From an uncultured Nitrospinaceae bacterium (GTDB lineage Bacteria; UBA8248), in contig CAYTSP010000257.1 of the NCBI GenBank assembly GCA_964440505.1, positions 8,756 through 72,755 on the forward strand: a DNA stretch of 64,000 bases, given 5' to 3'. The notes beneath the pieces were generated by a model. That model worked only from the letters and a program-made list of their open reading frames with translations, did not search any database and was not told the origin of the DNA. Shown in pieces: positions 22,730 to 30,360 of the stretch (positions are counted from its first letter, which is position 1; each line of letters begins with the position of its first letter). The position numbers and the translations under genes are program-made.

Positions 22730-23470
22730 TTATCGCCGGCCGCTATGAGTCGGCATTTGTAGAACCTCAACATTCGGCGGCACGACAAACTGAAATTTCT
22801 CTCCTGCAATACTGACGTTTTCTTTGACATCAGAAAACCGCAAGTGGCTTGTATTGCCGATGTTGTCAATATAAGCCAAAGTGAGGATTCTGAAATTCTC
22901 AGGCTCCACCTCAACCCACATTCGGCGAAACGAGGCGCCCGCGGCCTTCGGCTCCAGGCGAATGCGGTGAGGCTGACCAGCCCTCCAGATTCCCCCGCTT
23001 CGCCTGGCGACTCCAACTTCTTCCACCGTTACATGAAAATTCTTTTTCAGATTCCCCTTGCCCGACAAGAATAACAAAGGAGTCGCACCAAACCCAGAGC
23101 CTCCGGTTTTGGAAACAATCACCTGTTTGAAGCGGACCGTGTAGAGCCAATACATGTGACCATCAGAGACCAGAACCTGCTTTTCAGGTTTGAGATACTC
23201 CATGCGTAATTTGCCGGGCTTCTTCCACGCGAAGCGCCCGCTCGACGTCGTTGTTCGCCCAAGGGATTTTAATTCATTTTTCTGTTCGAAAGAGGCTTGC
23301 AGGGATTCCAGGGCCTCATATTTTTCCTGGAGCGCCGTGACTATTTTCTCCATCTTCAGACGCGATTCTTCCACCGCAGGCGCACCAGATGCGCCCTCTT
23401 GCGAATACGCGAAAAACCCAAAAAGAAATATCAGTATCAAGAAACTCGATTTGCGCAAAACTCTCTTCAT
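22730..23470 (-). CDS. lolA: Outer-membrane lipoprotein carrier protein LolA-like
   Basis: Signal peptide (MKRVLRKSSFLILIFLFGFFA) and the LolA pattern F.Q......G.L......L....P.K.VLVSDG...WLY. The ORF track extends to 23719, but the ATG at 23470 gives a typical 246-aa precursor. Confidence 0.72.
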   Translation of the reverse strand: MKRVLRKSSFLILIFLFGFFAYSQEGASGAPAVEESRLKMEKIVTALQEKYEALESLQASFEQKNELKSLGRTTTSSGRFAWKKPGKLRMEYLKPEKQVLVSDGHMYWLYTVRFKQVIVSKTGGSGFGATPLLFLSGKGNLKKNFHVTVEEVGVARRSGGIWRAGQPHRIRLEPKAAGASFRRMWVEVEPENFRILTLAYIDNIGNTSHLRFSDVKENVSIAGEKFQFVVPPNVEVLQMPTHSGRR

Positions 23471-23483
23471 CCTTTGTGGATGA

Positions 23484-24137
23484 CTACTCCGAAACGGGCG
23501 AGATGAAACCGCGATGTTCCACAAGAGCGTCTCCTGCATATTGCACAATGCCATCAATACAGCGAACACTTCCCTCGGAGATGAGCCGCACCGCCAATGG
23601 GTATATGCGGTGCTCATAAGCGAGAATCCTCTCCGAAAGGGTATTCTCATCGTCATGAGGCAGCACCGGCACAGCGGCTTGTAAAATGATCGGCCCCGTA
23701 TCCACCCCCTCGTCCACAAAGTGGACCGTACAGCCAGTCACTCTCACACCGGCGTCCAGAGCTTTCTTTTGTGCATGCAGACCAGGGAAACTCGGCAGCA
23801 GCGAGGGATGAATATTGATGATTCTCCCTACAAAACGGCTCACGAAATCCGGCGGTAGAATACGCATAAAGCCAGCGCAACAGATGAGATCGATTTCGCA
23901 ATTTTCGATTTCATCTCCCATCCTCAGAAAAAAAGCATCGTCCTTCGGCGCGAAGTGTCGATGTCGTATTCCAGCTATCGAGGCGCGCTTGAGAGCATAC
24001 GAATTTTTTTTGTCACTCAGCACTAATACAACTTCCGCCGGAAAACCCGTTTTCTGCCCGGCATCAATGAGGGCTTGCAGGTTCGACCCGCGCCCCGAGG
24101 CCAAAACACCCACCCGTAATTGTGTTCTTGCGTTCAC
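23484..24137 (-). CDS. purN: Phosphoribosylglycinamide formyltransferase
   Basis: VLASGRGSNLQALID N-terminus and a formyl-transferase HPSLLP-type motif. 217 aa. Confidence 0.9.
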   Translation of the reverse strand: MNARTQLRVGVLASGRGSNLQALIDAGQKTGFPAEVVLVLSDKKNSYALKRASIAGIRHRHFAPKDDAFFLRMGDEIENCEIDLICCAGFMRILPPDFVSRFVGRIINIHPSLLPSFPGLHAQKKALDAGVRVTGCTVHFVDEGVDTGPIILQAAVPVLPHDDENTLSERILAYEHRIYPLAVRLISEGSVRCIDGIVQYAGDALVEHRGFISPVSE

Positions 24138-24140
24138 GAT

Positions 24141-25193
24141 TTATATGCTTTCAATGACGACGGAATGACCATCCTTTGTTTTTGAGGCGACTTCGCCGAC
24201 AACCATGGCTTGTTCTCCGGCATTTCTCAAACACTCAAGCAAATACCCCGCTCGCTCGGCCCTCGCGAGAAAGACAAAACCCAAGCCCATATTAAAAGTG
24301 CGATACATCTCCGCGCTCTCAACCGGACCGAACTCTTGAATCAACGGAAATATCTCCGGCATCTCCCACTTTTCCGGATAGAATTTAGCCTGCAATTCAT
24401 CCGGCATCACACGGCTCACATTTCCCGGAATACCACCTCCCGTGATGTGCGCGATGCCGCTTATCCCCTCTTCTCCCCGAACAGAATTAGCTCCATTGGC
24501 GTAAATCCGAGTCGGCTCCAATAAAACATTTTCAACAGGAACACCCAGCCTTTTCGTCGCAAAATCCCGTTTTCCTTTTGACTCAAATATTTTCCGCACC
24601 AAAGAATACCCGTTGCTATGAATTCCTGAAGAAGGCAGTGCGAGTATGGCGTCGCCGGCTTTCACAGGCGGTCTGTTGTCCAATTTCTTGCGTTCAACCA
24701 CCCCCACGGCAAAACCAGCGAGATCGTAAGCGCCCGGGCCATACATGTCGGGCATCTCCGCCGTCTCACCACCGACGAGGGCGCAACCTGCCTCCCGGCA
24801 ACCTTGGGCAATTCCGGATACGGCTGCCTTCAATACATTTTGCTCAATCTTGCCCGTCGCGATGTAGTCAAGAAAAAAAAGAGGTTCTGCTCCCGTGGTC
24901 AGGATGTCGTTAACACACATGGCCACCAAGTCAATCCCAACGGAATCGTGACGCTCGAACTCCTGGGCCAGGAGTAACTTCGTACCGACGCCGTCGGTGC
25001 CTGAAACGAGTACAGGATCCTCATATTCATCACCCAGGCGGAACAAACCCGCAAAATCAGCCGCCCCCTGCAGGATACGACCACTCTGGCTCTCATGAGT
25101 AGATTTAATGGCTTGGGAGATAGCGTGAACGAAGTCATCTCCCAAATGCACATCGACACCTGCGTCGCGGTATGTCAGACGATCCTCATTCAA
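24141..25193 (-). CDS. purM: Phosphoribosylformylglycinamidine cyclo-ligase (AIR synthetase)
   Basis: PurM N- and C-domain pattern (YRDAGVD, DGVGTK, GGE). 350 aa. Confidence 0.93.
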   Translation of the reverse strand: MNEDRLTYRDAGVDVHLGDDFVHAISQAIKSTHESQSGRILQGAADFAGLFRLGDEYEDPVLVSGTDGVGTKLLLAQEFERHDSVGIDLVAMCVNDILTTGAEPLFFLDYIATGKIEQNVLKAAVSGIAQGCREAGCALVGGETAEMPDMYGPGAYDLAGFAVGVVERKKLDNRPPVKAGDAILALPSSGIHSNGYSLVRKIFESKGKRDFATKRLGVPVENVLLEPTRIYANGANSVRGEEGISGIAHITGGGIPGNVSRVMPDELQAKFYPEKWEMPEIFPLIQEFGPVESAEMYRTFNMGLGFVFLARAERAGYLLECLRNAGEQAMVVGEVASKTKDGHSVVIESI

Positions 25194-25244
25194 AAGTGAT
25201 GTTCCATGATTTAGCAGGCGGAATCGCTCGGAATGAACTCAAAA

Positions 25245-27377
25245 TCAGCCATGAACTTCCATCAACTTCTTGACCAAAGCGACATTATGTCGGTGGCCAC
25301 TTCTCTCCGCGGTCACTTTCCCTCGGATAGGACGACCGGTTAAATACAGATCTCCGATAACGTCAAGAATTTTATGTCGAACGAACTCATTGGGAAATCG
25401 CAGTTGGGTATTCACGACACGCGCCTTGTCCACAAGAATCACGTTATCCCAACGACCCCCCTCGGCCAGGCCCATTTTCTCGAGCGACTCCAATTCAGAA
25501 ACAAAACCAAACGTACGAGCGGGTGCGATTTCTTCTTGAAAACTCAATGCATTCTTATGTTCATACAGATAGGATTGTTTTCCAATCGGCTCAGGATAAT
25601 CGATGAGGTATGAAACGGAAAAAGAATCCGCTGGCTCTATACGAATATAACCCTTCTCGTCGGCCGGCTCACCTATTTCGTAAACCTTATCAACCCACAA
25701 GTCTTCGCGTTTTTCCTTTTGATCCTCAATACCCGCTTCTTCAAGCAAGCGGCAAAACTCCACTGCCGAGCCATCCATGACGGGCACTTCCTCGCTCATC
25801 TTGATGAGTATATTGCTAATCTTATAAGCGTGCAGCGCGCTCATCAGATGCTCTATCGTTCGAGCCGTCACAGCTCCATTGCGCAAGTTCGTCGCATGGT
25901 TGGTACCAGCCACAAAATCGACATTCGCCCTCACAATATCGGGGCTCGTCACGCTGCCGAACTGAATCCCGCTCCCCGGCGGCAAGGGTTCAATGATTAA
26001 TCCCGTTTTCAGCCCTGAATGAAGCCCCCGACCATACAACACGACACTCTTCGAAATACTCCTTTGATTTGTTTCCCTAAGCGTCGCTGAAGCCGGTAAT
26101 ACGGGCTCTATATCGTATGCTTTAATTTTTCGCTTTAAAGCAGGCTCCGTCATACCTACAGCCTGGGCGGTTTTGTTGATATCCCAGCCGTGCTCTTCCA
26201 AATGGAAGGACAGGTATTGCCTCTCCCACTGAGTTCTGGCCACATTAAAATTGGATGGGACGTCGTCTTTTGATGTATCCGCCTCGAAATCAGAAACTTC
26301 GCGTATCGCATGCGGCAAGTGGGCGATTCGAATCTCCGATCCTTGTGATGCATATGCTGCTTTGGTCACTGCGCCTTTTAGTTCAGCTATATTGCCCGGC
26401 CAGTCATAGTCTTCTAGTAGTGCAATGACATCCTCTGAAAATTTCTTTTCATGCCTGCCAATTTCAGTGCATTCATTCAAAAACCTGTTGGCTAACGGTA
26501 GAATGTCCTCTTTTCGTTCGCGCAAAGAGGGCAAATTTATTACATCGGCGCCTATTTGGGTGGACAAGGTTCGTACGTAAGTCTTGTCTTTCGGGGTCCC
26601 CATGTGATCAAGGGACACCACCAAACGTATTGAATCCTTTGCATACCCAAGGAATCGAGCGAGAAACCTCTCACGCTCCGCCATGGGCAACTGCTCCAGA
26701 CCATCAAGATATACCGTCCCTTGAAAGGTATCGGGCACCAGCCGCTCCAGTGTCTCTTCCCATTCGTTTACCTCAGGCACCGGAAACAGAGAGCGGCAAT
26801 GAACTGGCCTAAAGCCTTCTTCTTCCTTGATACCATTCTTATGAATCACCTTTGCAATAAAACGCTTGCCGGTTCCCCTTTCGCCCGCAATCAACAAGGG
26901 GCCAATATCTTTCGCCGCCCTCCTGATAGCTCTTCGAACCCTTTGAATACTCTTGCTGGCGCCGTCAAGCATCACATCAACGACATCATTTACCTTGAAT
27001 TCCTTGGCCCTTCGCGACTGAACAGCGGAATCGACTATACGCAAAACCGCATCAATAGACAGAGGTTTTTCAATAAAATTGAAAGCGCCCAGCTTGGTTG
27101 CGGCCACCGCGGTTTCAATATTACCGTGACCAGACATCACAACGACTTCGATATCCGCGTTCGACTCCTTCACCGCTTGCAAAGTCTTGATTCCATCAAT
27201 GCCCGGCATCCACACATCAACCAAAACCACATCAGGAGTTTCAGTTCGAACCAACTGAAGGGCAGTTTCTCCAGACTCCGCCCGCTCTACACGATACCCT
27301 TCATCGTGCAAAACATCTTCCAGGCTGGCGAGTATCTCACGCTCATCATCGACGATGAGGACATGTCCCTTATCCAA
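25245..27377 (-). CDS. Fusion protein: NtrX/NtrC-family response regulator (receiver, degenerate AAA+, Fis-type HTH) joined in-frame to UDP-3-O-acyl-N-acetylglucosamine deacetylase LpxC
   Basis: A single stop-free 710-codon frame on the minus strand. Residues 1-120 form a receiver (DDE pocket, phospho-Asp in VLVDVWMPGIDG, conserved S/T and K). Residues about 135-345 are sigma-54-activator-like AAA+ (GERGTGK Walker A, RERKEDI, YDWPGN), then HTH TQWERQYLSFHLEEHGWDINKTAQAVGMTEPALKRKIK. Residues 435-710 align along the full length of LpxC (NQRSISKSVVLYGRGLHSG, TIEHLM, MDGSA, ARTFGF, FVRHKILDVIGDL, RSGH). Starts with TTG and overlaps the ntrY stop by 8 nt. Confidence 0.8.
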   Translation of the reverse strand: MDKGHVLIVDDEREILASLEDVLHDEGYRVERAESGETALQLVRTETPDVVLVDVWMPGIDGIKTLQAVKESNADIEVVVMSGHGNIETAVAATKLGAFNFIEKPLSIDAVLRIVDSAVQSRRAKEFKVNDVVDVMLDGASKSIQRVRRAIRRAAKDIGPLLIAGERGTGKRFIAKVIHKNGIKEEEGFRPVHCRSLFPVPEVNEWEETLERLVPDTFQGTVYLDGLEQLPMAERERFLARFLGYAKDSIRLVVSLDHMGTPKDKTYVRTLSTQIGADVINLPSLRERKEDILPLANRFLNECTEIGRHEKKFSEDVIALLEDYDWPGNIAELKGAVTKAAYASQGSEIRIAHLPHAIREVSDFEADTSKDDVPSNFNVARTQWERQYLSFHLEEHGWDINKTAQAVGMTEPALKRKIKAYDIEPVLPASATLRETNQRSISKSVVLYGRGLHSGLKTGLIIEPLPPGSGIQFGSVTSPDIVRANVDFVAGTNHATNLRNGAVTARTIEHLMSALHAYKISNILIKMSEEVPVMDGSAVEFCRLLEEAGIEDQKEKREDLWVDKVYEIGEPADEKGYIRIEPADSFSVSYLIDYPEPIGKQSYLYEHKNALSFQEEIAPARTFGFVSELESLEKMGLAEGGRWDNVILVDKARVVNTQLRFPNEFVRHKILDVIGDLYLTGRPIRGKVTAERSGHRHNVALVKKLMEVHG
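25248..26075 (-). other. lpxC: LpxC deacetylase domain of the fusion CDS (boundaries approximate)
   Basis: Aligns from the residue that corresponds to E. coli LpxC Met1 (here a GAA codon at 26075..26073) to the C-terminus. Zinc/catalytic residues E78-H79 (TIEHLM), H238/D242/D246 (FVRHKILDVIGDL) and H265 (RSGHRHN) are all present. Confidence 0.8.
26076..27377 (-). other. NtrX-like regulator module of the fusion CDS: receiver (about 27377..27018), AAA+ (about 26975..26342), Fis-type HTH (about 26246..26118)
   Basis: Domain order and motifs as listed for the parent CDS. The AAA+ part lacks GAFTGA and carries DG instead of DE in Walker B. Confidence 0.7.
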
Positions 27378-29634
27378 TGGAAGCCGTCCTTTCCTTTTCA
27401 GGCGTGATGTCCACAGCAGGCGCCAATGGCAACGTTACGCGAAAAACAGAACCCGCTGGATAGTTATCTCGCACGCCTATCGTTCCATTATGGTCCGCCA
27501 CAATGCGATGACATATAGCTAAACCCAACCCCGAGCCTCTGTCTTTCGTAGAAAAGTAAGGAGAGAATATATGGCCTTTCACGTCTTCCGATATACCCTG
27601 CCCCTGGTCGGCAACTTCAACGACTATCATATTTCTGTCCGCATCACTCCATGCCTGCAAATCTATCTCGCCTTCGACCTCTTGGGATTCAAAGGCATTT
27701 TCCAGCAAATTGATGAACACTCGCTGCAACTGTTCGGGATCCGCCATGACCGCTGCATTCCCTGCAGTGATTTGAATGGAAAATTCCACATTCCCTTTTC
27801 TGCCACGATATAAATTCGCAACATCTTCAATGAGGGGAGCAAACCCGCAAAGCCTCAACCTCGGCTCCGGCATTCGTGCAAACCGGCTGAATTCATTCAC
27901 CATTTCAATCAGACTCGTTACTTGATTGATAATAGTATCCGTACAAGATTCAAATACTTCCGCAAAATCATAGGCTTCACTTTCAAATTTTCTTCTCATT
28001 CTCTGAGCAGAGAGCTGAATCGGTGTAAGCGGATTTTTGATCTCATGCGCGATGCCACGAGCCACTTCTTGCCATGCGGCCACTTTTTGAGCCCGTATCA
28101 AAGCCGTCAAATCATCAAACACAATGACTGCTCCGAGCCTGCCACCATCCGCGCTTTTGAGCAGGGTCAAGCTCGCGCGTAGCGTCAGTACGCGGCCATC
28201 AATCATGATCTCCACTTGCTCCGAAGCGCTTTGGTGTTTTCGATCCCTCATTGAACGCATCAACTGACGGACGGGTTCGAGATGCGCGCTTTCGAAAACC
28301 TCGCTGAACATTCGACCCACGGCATCTTGAGGCTCAACGCTCAGCAACTCCCCAGCCGCTTTGTTGAGAATAGTAACGCGACCCCGGCGATTGATGGATA
28401 TCACACCTGCTCCGATATTTTCGAGCATCGCTTCCATATATCTGCGCCTTCTGTCGATCTCCAGGTTGGAGCGGCGCAGGGTTTCAGAAGACTCTTCGAT
28501 TTTCTCTTTGTTGGCCAATAATTCTTCTGTCATGCTGTTGAATGTGTTGACCAAAATACCTACCTCGCCATCTGCTTGCGCATCTACGCGATGTTCGAGA
28601 TCGCCATCCGACACCGCCCTTGTGGCTTCCGCCAGTTTTTCGATGGGAACCGTGATCCCGCGCGCAAGGTAGAAGCCAAACCATATGGCGGCAAACAAAA
28701 TCAGCAAGGTGACCACCAAAAAAGTGATGATGTAGTTGGCTTTAATTGGGTTCTTGGACAATTCCAACTCTTTATAATTCACGAAAGAATCGGAGATGCC
28801 CCTGATCCTCTCCACGAGCCTATCTGAAACATATTTGGATACGACGATAAACCCCACCACTTTTTTTTGAATCTTCAGAGGCGCCACGCCATAGATGACA
28901 TCGCCTTTTTCCCAGTTCTCTATACTCGAGCGCGACTCCCCATCAATCACCTGATCCACGTATCCCACCAGTGGTGAGAATGTTGCGGCTCGTTCCAACC
29001 CCGGACGATTGACCGATACGATCTCTTTTCGACCCCTATCGTAGAGTTGGATGAAGTCTACCCCCAAGCTCTTTCTCTCGGACTCTAATTTTTGTTCAAT
29101 CGCCTTGGGGTTTGCTAATATGTCGGAGTGCGACTTCTCCAACATAAGCGCTACTCTACTCGCACTGAACAGCGCGTTTCGCTCCACCTCCCGATAATAC
29201 GTTTGAGCCACCTCGAACGACCCTTTGAGCGCTCTCTCCACATTCATGTTGAACAAGGCGTTAAAGCTTTGGTTTATCAGGCCGCTGGCCACCACAAAAA
29301 GAGCCACTACAGGGATGAGCGTAAATCCGACAAAAGCCAACACGAGCTTTAATTGCAAGCGCGAACGGCCGGCGCCCGTTCTCCCCTCGTAGTAAAGACG
29401 CACCAAGTGCTTTGCCACCAAAAGAATAGCCACCATGAGCAGAATGATGCTCAGGTTCACAAGCGAAAATACAACGACGTTGTTAAGCAGGGGGACTCCC
29501 GGTTCAAGCTCCTTGAAGTAAATCCAGGCCGCGAACGAAAGAGTCGCTATGATGATCAAGGCGATGAAAGAGCGCAGAAGCGTTCTTCGTCGACGGGAAG
29601 AGATTTCCAGATTTTTCAGTCGCTTTGGATACAA
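27370..29634 (-). CDS. NtrY-like sensor histidine kinase (N-terminal multi-TM region, HAMP, PAS, HisKA, HATPase)
   Basis: 754 aa. H-box ARGIAHEIKNPLTPIQLSAQRM is the NtrY-type signature. N, G1 and G2 ATP-lid motifs. Several N-terminal TM helices. Confidence 0.85.
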   Translation of the reverse strand: MYPKRLKNLEISSRRRRTLLRSFIALIIIATLSFAAWIYFKELEPGVPLLNNVVVFSLVNLSIILLMVAILLVAKHLVRLYYEGRTGAGRSRLQLKLVLAFVGFTLIPVVALFVVASGLINQSFNALFNMNVERALKGSFEVAQTYYREVERNALFSASRVALMLEKSHSDILANPKAIEQKLESERKSLGVDFIQLYDRGRKEIVSVNRPGLERAATFSPLVGYVDQVIDGESRSSIENWEKGDVIYGVAPLKIQKKVVGFIVVSKYVSDRLVERIRGISDSFVNYKELELSKNPIKANYIITFLVVTLLILFAAIWFGFYLARGITVPIEKLAEATRAVSDGDLEHRVDAQADGEVGILVNTFNSMTEELLANKEKIEESSETLRRSNLEIDRRRRYMEAMLENIGAGVISINRRGRVTILNKAAGELLSVEPQDAVGRMFSEVFESAHLEPVRQLMRSMRDRKHQSASEQVEIMIDGRVLTLRASLTLLKSADGGRLGAVIVFDDLTALIRAQKVAAWQEVARGIAHEIKNPLTPIQLSAQRMRRKFESEAYDFAEVFESCTDTIINQVTSLIEMVNEFSRFARMPEPRLRLCGFAPLIEDVANLYRGRKGNVEFSIQITAGNAAVMADPEQLQRVFINLLENAFESQEVEGEIDLQAWSDADRNMIVVEVADQGQGISEDVKGHIFSPYFSTKDRGSGLGLAICHRIVADHNGTIGVRDNYPAGSVFRVTLPLAPAVDITPEKERTASIG

Positions 29635-29637
29635 AAT

Positions 29638-30243
29638 TCACATTCCTTTAGAGCTGAACGTCCGGGAATAGCTCCAATCAGAATTCTTCCCCCAAAAAGC
29701 GAGTAAATAATTAAAGGGAAAAACAAAATCCACATGATTCAATCGCGCTCTGATTTTGACATAATATTGACCATTGAGGGACAAAGCCTCGCCAGACAGA
29801 ATGGGTGTACCATTCAATTCACGCATCCAGTCCATCATTTCGCCCTGGCTTTTCGTCACTTTTCTTTCAATGTCTTTCGCGCCTTCTCTGAGATGAAAAG
29901 TGTATGTTTTTTTCAGGGCGCTATATTTCACTTGATGATGCAATTGCCGCGCAGAGACTTCCAGATCATAGATCAGCTTGCGAGAGCGGAGGAGACTTAC
30001 ATCAAAGATGAACTTCGTGGTCACACCGCTATGGATGGCTTCCAGAAGTTTTGGCGAAAATACGCCCAGAAGAGAACCAAAAACGAGCAACTCCCCTTTC
30101 TTTTCAACAACGACGATATCCTGTATTCGAATTCCGCCTTGGTCATCCGTTGCGGAGAGCGCCGGCCCGACCAGAAAGAAGAGCACACAAATGGCTATGC
30201 TTAATTTTCTCAGAACAAATGTTTTCTGGAAGTTAGATAACAT
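29638..30243 (-). CDS. DUF4390-like periplasmic/secreted protein, the conserved first gene of ntrYX-type operons
   Basis: 201 aa with an N-terminal hydrophobic signal. This position (4 nt upstream of ntrY) and size match the DUF4390 gene that precedes ntrY in beta-proteobacterial operons. Family assigned from memory of that context, not from a computed search. Confidence 0.5.
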   Translation of the reverse strand: MLSNFQKTFVLRKLSIAICVLFFLVGPALSATDDQGGIRIQDIVVVEKKGELLVFGSLLGVFSPKLLEAIHSGVTTKFIFDVSLLRSRKLIYDLEVSARQLHHQVKYSALKKTYTFHLREGAKDIERKVTKSQGEMMDWMRELNGTPILSGEALSLNGQYYVKIRARLNHVDFVFPFNYLLAFWGKNSDWSYSRTFSSKGM

Positions 30244-30360
30244 ATGTTCCCCTTGGCCCTTAAGTTCAATGCTACCTCATACAAGAAAAGCTCTCAATCC
30301 CTTGTTTGGCCTCTCTGCCTTCAAGGCTTCAAAAAACACATCCAGATGGCGCGCCGTGGT

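Noticed and set aside
26059-26065. In-frame AAAGGAG inside the fusion as a relic Shine-Dalgarno of a formerly independent lpxC
   Set aside because: The heptamer simply encodes the conserved LpxC N-terminal residues Q-R-S (caa agg agt), and no start codon follows at a usable distance.
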